DNA of 64,000 nucleotides from Streptococcus sp. GTDB lineage: Bacteria > Bacillota > Bacilli > Lactobacillales > Streptococcaceae. This document shows positions 30,160 through 43,504 of the stretch, in pieces; the stretch's first letter is position 1; each line of letters opens with the position of its first letter. Position numbers and translations under genes: made by a program. The notes under the pieces are model-generated. The model was not told where the DNA came from. It worked only from the letters and a program-made list of their open reading frames with translations, and ran no database searches. The DNA lies in NCBI GenBank assembly GCA_030528055.1, contig JAUMZQ010000004.1, forward strand, positions 15,160 to 79,159, given 5' to 3'.

Positions 30160-30702
30160 TCAAGTCGCTGGATTAAAAGTTGTATAAACAATATCTGACA
30201 TCTCTTCTGGGCTTTCTTGACAACCATTTTCTATCCATGCAATAATGAGCGACTGAAGTCCAGATACATATAGTATTTTTGCATAATATAGGGGGATATC
30301 ATAATTTTTAACTAATATTTCATCAAAACAAGATGTTTTAGAGATAACAGAGTGAATATAATCATAGACAGTTTGACTGAATCGAACCTCGCTAGATTGA
30401 TAAATAACTGATAAAAAATCATAGTTTTCATACATATAATGCAAGGTTCTATAGATAAAGCTTTTCTCAAAAATATCATTACTGTAAGACTTTATTTCGT
30501 CTAATTCATTTAAAACTTCTTCTTTCAATTTATCAATGAGGTCGTACTTATCAACATAATGAAGATAGAAAGTTCCACGATTTACACCGGCTTTCTTACA
30601 AATTGCCGTCACTGAAATTGTTTCAAAAGGTTCTTCTTTCAATAACAGAGTGAAAGCCTCCTTGATATACTTTTTACTGAGTGTTCGACGTTGCTTTTTC
30701 AT
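30160..30702 (-). CDS. TetR/AcrR family transcriptional regulator
   Basis: 180 aa with an N-terminal HTH (ISVTAICKKAGVNRGTFYLHY); divergent from the ABC exporter. Confidence 0.85.
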   Translation of the reverse strand: MKKQRRTLSKKYIKEAFTLLLKEEPFETISVTAICKKAGVNRGTFYLHYVDKYDLIDKLKEEVLNELDEIKSYSNDIFEKSFIYRTLHYMYENYDFLSVIYQSSEVRFSQTVYDYIHSVISKTSCFDEILVKNYDIPLYYAKILYVSGLQSLIIAWIENGCQESPEEMSDIVYTTFNPAT

Positions 30703-30865
30703 AGTGCCTTTCTTAAATCAACAAAAGCAAGATTTTTGATGATTGTATTTGTCCAATATAGAGTGTATACTTATAAACATTAAATCAACACATTTGATTG
30801 ATTGGCTTTATTATAATCTATTTTTCGATAAAGTCAACTAATCATCAAACTGAAAAGAGGTCCTT

Positions 30866-31567
30866 ATGGCATATATTGAAGTTAAAAATTCTTATAAACG
30901 GTATCACATGGGAGATACCATTATAGAAGCAAATAGAGATGTTAATTTTGAAATAAATAAGGGTGAGCTGGTCATTATTCTAGGTTCGTCGGGTGCAGGA
31001 AAATCTACTATTCTCAATATTTTAGGGGGAATGGATACCAATGACGAAGGACAAGTCATCATTGATGGAACAGATATTGCCGCATTTAATTCACACCAGA
31101 GAACCAATTACAGACGAGATGATGTTGGATTTGTTTTTCAATTTTACAATTTAGTTGCCAATTTAACTGCTAAAGAAAATGTTGAACTCGCTTCAGAAAT
31201 TGTAAAAGATGCACTAGATCCTATTGAGATTCTAACAGAAGTTGGTCTGGAGAATCGTATCAATAATTTTCCATCTCAATTATCAGGTGGAGAACAACAA
31301 CGAGTATCTATTGCCCGTGCCGTTGCCAAAAAACCCAAAATACTACTTTGTGATGAACCAACAGGAGCTTTAGATTACCAAACTGGAAAACAAGTCTTAA
31401 AAATATTGCAAAATATGTCCAGACAACAAGGAGCTACGGTTATTATTGTAACTCATAACTCAGCTTTGGCTCCTATTGCCGATCGCGTTATTCATATGAG
31501 GGACGCTACTGTAAAATCCATAAAATACAATGAAAACCCTCAAGATATTGAGTCAGTAGAATATTAG
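30866..31567 (+). CDS. ABC transporter ATP-binding protein, MacB/LolD-like
   Basis: Walker [10 protein letters not shown], signature LSGGEQQR, Walker [12 protein letters not shown]. Confidence 0.9.
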   Translation: MAYIEVKNSYKRYHMGDTIIEANRDVNFEINKGELVIILGSSGAGKSTILNILGGMDTNDEGQVIIDGTDIAAFNSHQRTNYRRDDVGFVFQFYNLVANLTAKENVELASEIVKDALDPIEILTEVGLENRINNFPSQLSGGEQQRVSIARAVAKKPKILLCDEPTGALDYQTGKQVLKILQNMSRQQGATVIIVTHNSALAPIADRVIHMRDATVKSIKYNENPQDIESVEY

Positions 31568-31576
31568 GAGAAGCGT

Positions 31577-34276
31577 ATGTCTAAAAAAACTTACTGGAAA
31601 GATATCCGCCACTCTTTTACATCTTCTAAAGGACGTTTTTTATCCATATTCAGTCTCATGATGATTGGATCGATGACCCTCATTGGTCTTAAAATCACAA
31701 CGCCCAATATGCAAAAAACTGCTCAAAGTTATATTGATAAAACAAACATGGCAGATTTTACAATTCTTGGAAGTTATGGGTTCTCAAAACAAGATCAAGA
31801 AGAATTGAAAGAGCAAAAAAATGCAACTGTGGAATTTGGTTATCTAACAGATGTCACTTTAGAAAATACTGAAGATGCCATTCGGATTTTTTCAAAACCA
31901 ACAGACATTTCCACTTATCAACTTCTTTCTGGAAAATTACCGACCAAAGATTCTGAAATTGCCTTAGCCCAAGTTCTGGCTAAGAACTATAAAATTGGAG
32001 ATAAAATTTCATTTACTGAAGAAAATTCCAATCAACATACCTTGACTAGAAAAACATTTACCGTAACAGGCTTTGTCAATTCTGCAGACATCTGGAACAA
32101 TACTAATATGGGTTATTCTACAGCTGGTGCAGGGGATCTCACAGGATATGCTGTGACGACAGAGGGAGCTTTTCAATCAGATGTGTATACAGTTGCCCGT
32201 GTGCGTTATCATAATCTAAAAAAACTGGATTATTATAGTGATGCTTACCAACAAGAATTAAGTAAACATCAAAAACAACTAGAAAAAGTTTTTTCCGATA
32301 ATGGAGAAAAACGCTACGAACAATTATCATCTGAAATCAAAGAGAAGATTTCTAGTGGCGAAGAACAAATTACCAATTCCAAAAATCAATTGACCCAAAC
32401 AGAAGAACAACTCAATCAACAAGAAACTATTTTAAAAGCCAGTGGTCTACCAGCAGAGAGCCCAGCAATGCAAGCTCTACAAGAAGCCAAAACAAAGTTT
32501 GCACAGGAGAAAGCTACTGCCGAGACGAAAATAAAACAGGCAGAAACAGATATCACGAAAGCAAAAGAAACCTTAGAGGAACTAGATGTACCTACTTATA
32601 GTGTTTTAACAAGAGCTACCATTCCTTCTGGTGGAGGCTATGTGATTTATGAAAATGCAACTTCAAGTATTTCAGCTGTCGGAAATATCTTTCCCGTTGT
32701 TCTATATCTCGTCGCAGCTATGGTAACATTTACCACTATGATTCGATTTGTTGACGAAGAACGCACTAATGCGGGAATTCTAAAAGCACTAGGCTATAAT
32801 GACAAACAAATTATCCAAAAATTCATTTTTTATGGTTTGGTATCTAGTGTTCTTGGGAGTATAGTTGGTATTTTAATCGGTAATTTTTATCTATCTCAAC
32901 GAATTGGCTCTATCGTAACCGCTAATACTGTCATTGGAAGTTCTAAACTCTACTTCTATCCACTTTACACTATTTTAGCTATTGTATTGGGCTTATTATC
33001 AGCCGTTCTACCAGCTTATTTTGTTGCTAAGAAAGAACTAACCGAAAACCCAGCTCAATTATTACTAGCAAAACCTCCTGTTTCAGGATCTAAAATCTTA
33101 CTGGAACGAGTAACTATCTTGTGGAAACGTTTAAGTTTTACGCATAAAGTAACAGCTCGCAATATTTTCCGCTATAAACAACGCATGCTGATGACTATTT
33201 TGGGAGTTGCAGGTTCAGTCGCCTTATTGTTCGCCGGTCTAGGAATTCGTTCATCAATTGCTGGTATTGCTCCTAAACAGTTTGAAGTTTTGTTTCACTA
33301 TGACATGATTGTTGCTAAAAAAGACCAAGTCAGCACTTCCGAACAAAAAGCGATAGATAGCCAATTAAAATCATCAAACATTTCTGATTCTATTGGTATT
33401 GACTATAAAAATATTAGTCAAAAAATTAAAGGGGTTTCTGATAAACAGGATATATCCGTTATTATAACGAATGATAAAAAGACTTTTTCTCAGTTTATGG
33501 CACTTCAAGAGCGCTCTACTGGTAAAAAGATTCAATTATCTAATGATGGAGTTGTCATTTCTGAAAAATTAGCTCAACTATACCAAGTACAAGTAGGTGA
33601 CTCCATTCGTCTTAATTTAAATGATAAAGCTACTACTGTCAAAGTAGCGAAGATTGCTGAGATGTACATAGGTCATTTTGTTTATATGACAGATAACTAC
33701 TACCATCAGTTGACCAAAGAACACTATCAAACAAACGCCTATCTTGTCAGTTTAAAAAATTCTAAAACCTCTACCATTAAAACTGTCGCTGCTTCATTTC
33801 TCAGTTCTAGTGGGGTTTCAACTGCAGTACAAAATTTATCATTAATCAAACAGTTAAATATAATAGTCAACTCGCTACAATCTGTGATGATTATCTTGAT
33901 TATTTTATCTATTTTATTAGGAATCGTTATTCTTTATAATCTGACCAACATTAACGTTGCAGAGAGGATAAGAGAGTTATCCACTATTAAAGTTTTAGGT
34001 TTCCACAACAAAGAGGTTACTCTTTACATCTACCGCGAAACAATTGTTCTATCCATTATTGGTATTGCAACTGGTTTAGTCGGTGGCTTCTTCCTACATC
34101 AGTTCCTATTAAGTAAAATCGGATCTAGCAACATAATGTTTAACCCTAGTGTTACAGCAGAAGTTTATATTATTCCAATTGTCGCCATTTCCTTAATTCT
34201 ATCTGTCTTAGGATGGTTCGTGAATCATAATCTTAGAAAAGTTGATATGCTAGAAGCTTTAAAATCAGTAGAATAA
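31577..34276 (+). CDS. ABC transporter permease with two FtsX domains and a large coiled-coil extracellular region
   Basis: 899 aa; two FtsX motifs (DEERTNAGILKALGY... and ERIRELSTIKVLGF...) each followed by a TM bundle; translationally close to the upstream ATPase. Confidence 0.85.
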   Translation: MSKKTYWKDIRHSFTSSKGRFLSIFSLMMIGSMTLIGLKITTPNMQKTAQSYIDKTNMADFTILGSYGFSKQDQEELKEQKNATVEFGYLTDVTLENTEDAIRIFSKPTDISTYQLLSGKLPTKDSEIALAQVLAKNYKIGDKISFTEENSNQHTLTRKTFTVTGFVNSADIWNNTNMGYSTAGAGDLTGYAVTTEGAFQSDVYTVARVRYHNLKKLDYYSDAYQQELSKHQKQLEKVFSDNGEKRYEQLSSEIKEKISSGEEQITNSKNQLTQTEEQLNQQETILKASGLPAESPAMQALQEAKTKFAQEKATAETKIKQAETDITKAKETLEELDVPTYSVLTRATIPSGGGYVIYENATSSISAVGNIFPVVLYLVAAMVTFTTMIRFVDEERTNAGILKALGYNDKQIIQKFIFYGLVSSVLGSIVGILIGNFYLSQRIGSIVTANTVIGSSKLYFYPLYTILAIVLGLLSAVLPAYFVAKKELTENPAQLLLAKPPVSGSKILLERVTILWKRLSFTHKVTARNIFRYKQRMLMTILGVAGSVALLFAGLGIRSSIAGIAPKQFEVLFHYDMIVAKKDQVSTSEQKAIDSQLKSSNISDSIGIDYKNISQKIKGVSDKQDISVIITNDKKTFSQFMALQERSTGKKIQLSNDGVVISEKLAQLYQVQVGDSIRLNLNDKATTVKVAKIAEMYIGHFVYMTDNYYHQLTKEHYQTNAYLVSLKNSKTSTIKTVAASFLSSSGVSTAVQNLSLIKQLNIIVNSLQSVMIILIILSILLGIVILYNLTNINVAERIRELSTIKVLGFHNKEVTLYIYRETIVLSIIGIATGLVGGFFLHQFLLSKIGSSNIMFNPSVTAEVYIIPIVAISLILSVLGWFVNHNLRKVDMLEALKSVE

Positions 34277-34295
34277 AAAATTCAACAATAAATAC

Positions 34296-34351
34296 ACTTC
34301 TCCCATGGTTCCAGTAAGCAAACTGACTGAAACCACAGGAGAAGTTTTTTT
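34296..34351. terminator. bidirectional terminator between the ABC permease gene and lacG
   Basis: cttctcc...ggagaag hairpin with T7 on plus and an A-rich tract upstream. Confidence 0.55.
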
Positions 34352-34405
34352 ATATTTCATCACCATAGAATGATAATTTATTATGGATGGTAATACTTCA
34401 AATTC

Positions 34406-37527
<3,122 letters not shown>

Positions 37528-37845
37528 CTACTTTGCCCCCCTTTTATATAATTCAATCAAGTGGTGCATCAAGTCCTTCAATAAAAGTGTTGTCATCAAA
37601 TGATCTTGACCATGCATTAATGTAACGCTGAAAGCCAAATCCTCACCTGCTGCCTCTTTTTGTAGAAGTTCTGTTTGAGCATGATGTGCTTCTACTATCG
37701 CTTCATTAGCAGCCTCTACCAAAGCTTCAGCTTCTTTGTAATTCCCCTCTTGTGCATATTTCAACGCTTCCACTAATTTTGAGCGAGCATCACCAGCAAA
37801 TGCCACAATTTCAAATCCTAATAAGGTAATTTCTTCTCTATTCAC
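37528..37845 (-). CDS. lacF: PTS lactose-specific EIIA
   Basis: 105 aa helical EIIA-Lac. Confidence 0.9.
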   Translation of the reverse strand: MNREEITLLGFEIVAFAGDARSKLVEALKYAQEGNYKEAEALVEAANEAIVEAHHAQTELLQKEAAGEDLAFSVTLMHGQDHLMTTLLLKDLMHHLIELYKRGAK

Positions 37846-38689
37846 TATTTTTTCCTCCTTTATACAGTAGTCTTTGAATATGGATGATTAAATAAATATG
37901 TTCATTAACATTTAGTGGGTAACCTATTTTTTCTTCTATGAGTTGACAAATTTCATAACCTATTTGATAACTTTTAGGATAAGCTTTTTTTAGATTTTCA
38001 TCTATTTCAAGCATATCCTGTTGTTGTTCTTGACTGCTAAGACGTTCCACAAAATAACTCAAATGAACCATTAAGCGATCATAATAATTTCGATTATCAT
38101 GACTTCTTTTAATACCATTTGATGTTAAAAACTTCCTTATCATAGAAATAACTTCTGTCTTTAAATCTTCTTTTTGCTTTAAATCATGTTTAAAGTTATC
38201 TTTAGCATTAATAAAATGTAAAGCAATTCGTCCAATTTCATCTTCTGGAAAATCAATTGAAAGTTCCTTTTCCAAAAAATCAATACAAGTTCTACCAATT
38301 TCATATTCTAAAGGATGACTACTCTGAATATCCGGTAGTTGACTTTTTAGATAGGTTCCCTTTAAAATTGCTTGATAACTTAAATAAATATGATCGGTTA
38401 AAGTAACATAAATATACTCCTGAACAGGATATTGAAATTTTTCAATGACAAAATTAATATACTCATAAGAAATTGTTATAAAATCAATAGGAACATCTTT
38501 TAATAAGATTGAAAAATTTTCTTGAGATTCTTCATTCTTCAAATAAAATATTTTTTCAATTTTATCAGTGGGTATTAAATCTCCTTTCTTCTTTTTAAAT
38601 GCAATGCCTAATCCCATGACGATAGCTTGATTAGAATTATCTTGCTTTACTATCGCAACATTATTATTAAGCACCTGTACAATTTTCAT
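37838..38689 (-). CDS. lacT: BglG/LicT-family transcription antiterminator
   Basis: CAT RNA-binding N-terminus [14 protein letters not shown] and PRD domains; start set at 38689 with RBS AAAGGAG (the ORF extension to 38761 has no RBS). Confidence 0.85.
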   Translation of the reverse strand: MKIVQVLNNNVAIVKQDNSNQAIVMGLGIAFKKKKGDLIPTDKIEKIFYLKNEESQENFSILLKDVPIDFITISYEYINFVIEKFQYPVQEYIYVTLTDHIYLSYQAILKGTYLKSQLPDIQSSHPLEYEIGRTCIDFLEKELSIDFPEDEIGRIALHFINAKDNFKHDLKQKEDLKTEVISMIRKFLTSNGIKRSHDNRNYYDRLMVHLSYFVERLSSQEQQQDMLEIDENLKKAYPKSYQIGYEICQLIEEKIGYPLNVNEHIYLIIHIQRLLYKGGKNSE

Positions 38690-38719
38690 CACATCAACTC
38701 CTTTTGGGATGTATAATAC

Positions 38720-38796
38720 AAAAAAGACCATAAACGGACTAAGACACAACATCTTAATCAATTTATGGTCTTGCCTAATCGAATTAGTTACAATCC
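38720..38796 (-). promoter_or_regulatory. RAT element overlapping a rho-independent terminator (lacT-dependent antitermination site)
   Basis: Minus strand GGATTGTAACTAATTCGATTAGGCAAGACC matches the RAT consensus (GGATTGTTACT...AGGCAAAACC); overlaps a gaccataaa/tttatggtc hairpin plus U-run. Confidence 0.7.
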
Positions 38797-38855
38797 ACCT
38801 TATTTAATCTATACTTATATTATATATAATATTTTAAATTTTAGCAAGCGTTTTC

Positions 38856-39836
38856 TTAAACTTTTTCATACCAAGAACTCGCTGTCTTTTTAAGAACTTT
38901 ATTTAATTCATCAATATTCTTAAATCCAGTAGTACGCAACCATTCTCGTGCTGCTTCTTTTCCTTGTTCAATATAATTTTTAACACTACCAGACCAAGTA
39001 GCACGTCCGCACAAGACGCCGTTAAAATTAGCACCTGATTCATGAGCAAAAACTAATGTTTCTTGAAATAATTTAGCTGTAACCCCTGCGCTAAGGTAGA
39101 TATAAGGAAGATTCGTTGCTTGATCCTGTTGTCTGAAATAATCAGCCGCTTCCTCACGAGTATAGACAATTTCTCCACTAGCAAATCCTTCAACATACTG
39201 GATAGTGACGGGGACTTCCACCTTCAAAACATCAATATTGAAACGTGATTCAGAAAATACTTTCATCGCTTCAATGACCTTACGAGGTTTTACTCTTGCG
39301 TATTCAGCACTAGAAGTATCTTGAATATTTTCGTCATAAGCTAATATTTCAAGAAAGAATGGAATGTCTTCTGCAACACACTCTGAACCAATCCGTTCAA
39401 TGTAAGCCTGCTTTTGTTGATTGAGTTCATCGGAACTATCTACATCATAGTATAGTAAAAATTTTACGGCATCTGCTCCCTGAGCTTTGATACGTTTAGC
39501 AGACCAAACATCTAAGCAATCCGGCAAACGCTTAGTAGTGGAAGCATCATATCCTGTTTTTTCATATGCAAGTAGCAGACCAGCCTTATCATCTAAAAAC
39601 TTTGTCGCAGGTAATCCATACTCTGGATCCAAAAGCATAGAGGATGCATAAGGAGTTAATTCCTCTGCCACCAATACTTTTAGCTCTTCCATTTGTGCTA
39701 CCGTTGGTTCTTCCTCTTGATATTGTGACATTAGGCGTTTCAAAGCTCCACGTTGATCAAAAGCAAGAGCTGAAATAATCCCATTTTCATCACTCAATTT
39801 TTCCATATATTTTCGTTTTTGTTCTGTCAACACCAT
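38856..39836 (-). CDS. lacD: tagatose-1,6-bisphosphate aldolase
   Basis: 326 aa class I aldolase LacD family. Confidence 0.9.
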   Translation of the reverse strand: MVLTEQKRKYMEKLSDENGIISALAFDQRGALKRLMSQYQEEEPTVAQMEELKVLVAEELTPYASSMLLDPEYGLPATKFLDDKAGLLLAYEKTGYDASTTKRLPDCLDVWSAKRIKAQGADAVKFLLYYDVDSSDELNQQKQAYIERIGSECVAEDIPFFLEILAYDENIQDTSSAEYARVKPRKVIEAMKVFSESRFNIDVLKVEVPVTIQYVEGFASGEIVYTREEAADYFRQQDQATNLPYIYLSAGVTAKLFQETLVFAHESGANFNGVLCGRATWSGSVKNYIEQGKEAAREWLRTTGFKNIDELNKVLKKTASSWYEKV

Positions 39837-39838
39837 AT

Positions 39839-40768
39839 TTATACCTCTTTTATCTGAATTTGTTTATATAAATTTTCATAATTAGTCAGATTGATATGAC
39901 CAGTTATTTTTTCTTGAGCATTCAACATGCCAAACGTATTAGCCCTTCTCAATAATTCTTCATCATTTAGTCTATGAATAAAAGACGAGGCAATTCCTGC
40001 CACAGTTGCATCTCCTGATCCTACTGGATTTACAACTGAAATTTTAGGAATATCAACTTTATAAAAAATATTACCGTGTTTTGCAAACGCTCCATCTGAA
40101 CCTAAGGAAACAATAATCCAGTCAATTCCCTCAAACAAAGGGGCTTCAAGAGCTAATTTTAGCTCGTTAAAATCTTTTGAAACATCGTATCCTAATAACT
40201 GAGATAATTCTTCATTATTTGGTTTGATAACAGTAGGTTTAGAATCCGATTTCAATACCTTTTCCAATGGTTTCCCAGAACAATCTAGGATGACTTTTTT
40301 TCCTTTTTGGTTTGCAATTTTTATTAGTTGCACATAATAATCTTCTGGCAATCCAATCGGTAGACTTCCTGATATCGTAACCACATCTGATGTTTCCATT
40401 AACTGCTCAAAATGTTGTAGAAAACCATCTGCTTCTGTTTTTAAAATAGTGGGGCCCGCCTCAAGTATTTCTGTTTGGTTTTCCTCGTGCAAAATTGCAA
40501 TACAATTACGAGTATCCCCTTCAATAGGATAGAAAGAGTTTTGAACAGTATAATCTATATTCTTCAATATAAATTCACCATTAGTTCCACCAATAAAACC
40601 AGTGGCTCCAACTCTATCCTTAAACTCTGAAAGTACTCTTGTAACGTTCAAGCCTTTCCCACCAGCTGTTTTACGAACATCTGATACTCGATTAACAGTA
40701 TTTAGTTTTAATTGTTCAAGAGGATAAGAAATATCTATAGATGGATTTAATGTCACTGTGAGAATCAT
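39839..40768 (-). CDS. lacC: tagatose-6-phosphate kinase
   Basis: 309 aa PfkB-family kinase with GSGDA motif. Confidence 0.9.
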   Translation of the reverse strand: MILTVTLNPSIDISYPLEQLKLNTVNRVSDVRKTAGGKGLNVTRVLSEFKDRVGATGFIGGTNGEFILKNIDYTVQNSFYPIEGDTRNCIAILHEENQTEILEAGPTILKTEADGFLQHFEQLMETSDVVTISGSLPIGLPEDYYVQLIKIANQKGKKVILDCSGKPLEKVLKSDSKPTVIKPNNEELSQLLGYDVSKDFNELKLALEAPLFEGIDWIIVSLGSDGAFAKHGNIFYKVDIPKISVVNPVGSGDATVAGIASSFIHRLNDEELLRRANTFGMLNAQEKITGHINLTNYENLYKQIQIKEV

Positions 40769-40784
40769 AAATTAATTCCTCCAA

Positions 40785-41300
40785 TTAATCGTGGTATTCA
40801 CCACGATCCCATTTTTCAATAAACTCAGTAAAGAAATTTGAATCGGTTTGATGTTCATTATGGTGCTCAATATGACTAATTTTTGCAATTAATTTTTTAT
40901 TTTCTTCTGTTGGCTTATATTCTGCATGAATAAACGCTTCAATGATGTCACACATTAACAATTCACCAGTTATTTTCCCACCAAAACCAATGACGTTGGC
41001 GTTTAAATATTCTTTAGCATATAGTGCAGAAGTCATATCACGAACAAGAGCTGAACGGACTCCTGGAACTTTATTGACAGCATTATTAATTCCAACACCT
41101 GTTCCACAAATACACACTCCTAGATCTGCTTGTCCACTGGTTACAGCCTCTCCTACTTTTTTTCCAAATATTGGATAGTGTGTGCGTACATGGTCATAAG
41201 TACCAACATCAATGACTTCATATCCTTTTGATTTCAAAAAGTCTGAAACAGCTATCTTTTCATCTGTTACAATGTGATCGCATCCAATTGCAATTCTCAT
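40785..41300 (-). CDS. lacB: galactose-6-phosphate isomerase subunit B
   Basis: 171 aa RpiB/LacAB family. Confidence 0.9.
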   Translation of the reverse strand: MRIAIGCDHIVTDEKIAVSDFLKSKGYEVIDVGTYDHVRTHYPIFGKKVGEAVTSGQADLGVCICGTGVGINNAVNKVPGVRSALVRDMTSALYAKEYLNANVIGFGGKITGELLMCDIIEAFIHAEYKPTEENKKLIAKISHIEHHNEHQTDSNFFTEFIEKWDRGEYHD

Positions 41301-41324
41301 TTTCTTTCTCCTTTACTCGATTTA

Positions 41325-41750
41325 TTAACACATTTTATTTAACATATCCACACGAATTTGATGACGTCCACCATCATAGCTACCATTAACAAATCCTTTA
41401 ACGATATTTTTGGCTAACTCATCACCAACTATTTCAGATCCTATTGTAATCATACGGGAATTATTATGACCACGTGTCATATACGCAGAGCGCTCATCCG
41501 ACACTTCTGCAGCAACCATTCCTTTTATTTTTGTAGCCACCATAAATGGGCCCACACCGTAAGAGTCTATTACAATTCCTAGATTCTCGTCATTTTTTTT
41601 AACTTCTCTGGCCACTGCCAATGTTACATCAACAAAATCCTGTTTTTCTTCAGTCATATCGATCACCTGAAATTTTTCTTTTTCAAGAAAATCTTTAACA
41701 AGGTTTTTCAGTCTAACTCCAGCAGCATCTGCTCCAATTACAATTGCCAT
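41325..41750 (-). CDS. lacA: galactose-6-phosphate isomerase subunit A
   Basis: RpiB/LacAB family; start at [11 protein letters not shown] (41750) with RBS AAAGGAGA; the upstream ORF extension lacks an RBS. Confidence 0.9.
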   Translation of the reverse strand: MAIVIGADAAGVRLKNLVKDFLEKEKFQVIDMTEEKQDFVDVTLAVAREVKKNDENLGIVIDSYGVGPFMVATKIKGMVAAEVSDERSAYMTRGHNNSRMITIGSEIVGDELAKNIVKGFVNGSYDGGRHQIRVDMLNKMC

Positions 41751-41768
41751 ATCTTTCTCCTTTTTGAT

Positions 41769-41851
41769 TAAACTGCGCAGTTTATGATTGTTAGAAACAT
41801 TATTTTTGTTCCTTATAATCATAATATACAACTAAAAAATATTTTTGTCAA
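41769..41851 (-). promoter_or_regulatory. lac promoter with two palindromic operator candidates
   Basis: Minus strand TTGACA (41846-41851), 17 nt, TATATT (41823-41828); AACA-N7-TGTT palindrome at 41796-41810; perfect 16-bp palindrome TAAACTGCGCAGTTTA at 41769-41784 between the promoter and the lacA RBS. Confidence 0.55.
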
Positions 41852-41881
41852 TATTATTTGTTTATTTTAAACATTTTTAAT

Positions 41882-41917
41882 AAAAAAATAAAAACCCTCA
41901 CACATACATGTGAAGGT
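41882..41917 (-). terminator. terminator downstream of the cupin gene
   Basis: ccttcaca/tgtgaggg hairpin followed by TTTTTATTTTTTT on the minus strand. Confidence 0.55.
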
Positions 41918-41977
41918 TCTAATCGTTATTTTAAAAAGTTTTTCTTAGGAAACATAAAACCATATTCGTCAAAGATA

Positions 41978-42424
41978 CTATTTTTCCAATTTCTCATAAA
42001 TATCATCTGTAACAGACTCTAGCCACTCATTAGATGTATTTTCTCCTGGAATCTCTAGAGCAATATGTGAAAACCAACTATCCTTCTTAGCTCCATGCCA
42101 GTGTTTAACACCCGAAGGAATAACAACCACGCTTCCTTCTTTCAACTCTTGTGGAGCTTTACCAAATTCTTGGTACCAACCCTCACCAGCAGTGCAAATG
42201 AGTATTTGTCCTCCGCCTTTATCCGCATGATGAATATGCCAATTATTACGGCAACCAGGTTCAAATGTCACATTGAAAAGTGGAAATTATCCATTTTTTA
42301 AATCCGTTAAAGGATTTAAAAAACTCTCACCAATAAAATACTGTGCAAATTGTTCATTTGAAATTCCTTTTCCAAATACATTAGCTGCTTCAAAATTTTT
42401 ATCCGTTTGGTATTTCATTTTCAT
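41978..42424 (-). pseudogene. cupin-domain protein gene interrupted by an in-frame TAA
   Basis: N-terminal 45 codons (MKMKYQTDKNFEAANVFGKG...LTDLKNG) stop at TAA (RC of 42287-42289); the same frame continues FPLFN-V-TFEPGCRNNWHIHH... to 41978. The ORF track's 97-aa product starts at the GTG at 42269-42271. Confidence 0.6.
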
Positions 42425-42450
42425 TCCTTTCCTATATTAAAATTAGTATT

Positions 42451-43209
42451 TTATAAAATTATTTTTGTATACGCTTCTAAATCCTCATATTGCGACTGGG
42501 AAGGTTGATCTGTAATAACAGATGTAATTTCTGATAAAGAGCAAATAGAGGTAAAGTCTTCTTTTCCAATTTTTGATGAATCAATCAGTAAATAGCTTTC
42601 AGAAGATCGCTGTAATGCTAACTTTTGCGTAAAGGCTTCCTCAAAAGATGAGGTCATAATCATTCCATCCTTGATGCCATTGCTACTAAAAAACATTTTA
42701 GTAAAATACATCCGATTCATCAGGGTATTTGTCATTTCGCCTACAAATGCTTGAGTAGTCTCTCTGATTTCACCTCCAAGTAAAAATACTTTAAAGGTAT
42801 CGGATTTTTTCTTGAGCAATTCATTAAATATCGGAAGACAATTTGTGATAATTTTTAAATTTTTAGTATTAATTTCTTCTGCAAATACTTCCACAGAGGT
42901 TCCGGGACCAAGAAAGATTGTATCTCCTTCTTGAATGAGTTCAATGGCCTTCTTTGCCACTTGTCGTTTGGCTTCAATATTTTTAAACAGTTTTTCTTCG
43001 TGGGGAATTTCTCGAAAATCCATGTGAAGATTACTTTTTGCACCTCCATACACACGAGTGAGCAAGTTTTGCTTTTCTAGTTCAATTAAATCTCTACGAA
43101 CTGTCATATCAGAAACTTTCATACTTTCGACAATATCTTGGACTGTGGCTGTCCCAGCTTTGTTGACTAATTTAATAATTTCATCTAAACGTTCCCTTTT
43201 TTTCATCAT
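42451..43209 (-). CDS. lacR: DeoR-family transcriptional repressor (lactose/tagatose operon repressor)
   Basis: 252 aa; N-terminal HTH (ATVQDIVESMKVSDMTVRRDL) and a DeoR C-terminal sugar-phosphate-binding domain; position upstream of lacABCD. Confidence 0.8.
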   Translation of the reverse strand: MMKKRERLDEIIKLVNKAGTATVQDIVESMKVSDMTVRRDLIELEKQNLLTRVYGGAKSNLHMDFREIPHEEKLFKNIEAKRQVAKKAIELIQEGDTIFLGPGTSVEVFAEEINTKNLKIITNCLPIFNELLKKKSDTFKVFLLGGEIRETTQAFVGEMTNTLMNRMYFTKMFFSSNGIKDGMIMTSSFEEAFTQKLALQRSSESYLLIDSSKIGKEDFTSICSLSEITSVITDQPSQSQYEDLEAYTKIIL

Positions 43210-43504
43210 ATACTTCTTTCATCTCTTTTTGTTTATTATAACAATTATCCAGCTAAACTTCTACTACTTTGTTCATTATAAACAAAATAAACAAATAGAT
43301 TTATTTTTTATATTTTTTCAAACAATTTTCCTATATTATTTCATTTTTCTTCAAATTGTTATATCTATTTTATTGTGATAAAATAAGAATGAAAAGGCTT
43401 TTATTTTTTATGTTTACTCTTGAACACCTAGAGAATGCGATAGATTTATTGTCCTAAAATCCCTATTATGGGATTCAAGCCCCAAAATAGACTGAGGAAA
43501 AATT

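Noticed and set aside
34352-34405. Possible second hairpin (CCATAGAATGATAATTTATTATGG) after lacG
   Set aside because: Stem is imperfect and AT-only; the adjacent cttctcc/ggagaag terminator is sufficient.
38690-38761. 24-codon N-terminal extension of lacT
   Set aside because: The RBS and CAT-domain consensus begin at MKIVQV (38689); the extension overlaps the RAT/terminator.
41751-41831. 27-codon N-terminal extension of lacA ([11 protein letters not shown]...)
   Set aside because: Overlaps the mapped promoter and operator; a good RBS precedes MAIVIG.
42272-42424. Frameshift in the cupin gene
   Set aside because: Initially suspected because of the A6 run, but frame arithmetic shows the N- and C-terminal parts are in the same frame, separated by a TAA codon; reported as a nonsense interruption instead.
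43058-43378. 106-aa plus-strand ORF upstream of the ABC-2 cassette
   Set aside because: Overlaps the lacR 5' end antisense and an extremely AT-rich spacer; poly-Phe/Ile translation, no RBS. Also checked for a bacteriocin precursor (double-glycine leader or signal peptide) here and found none.
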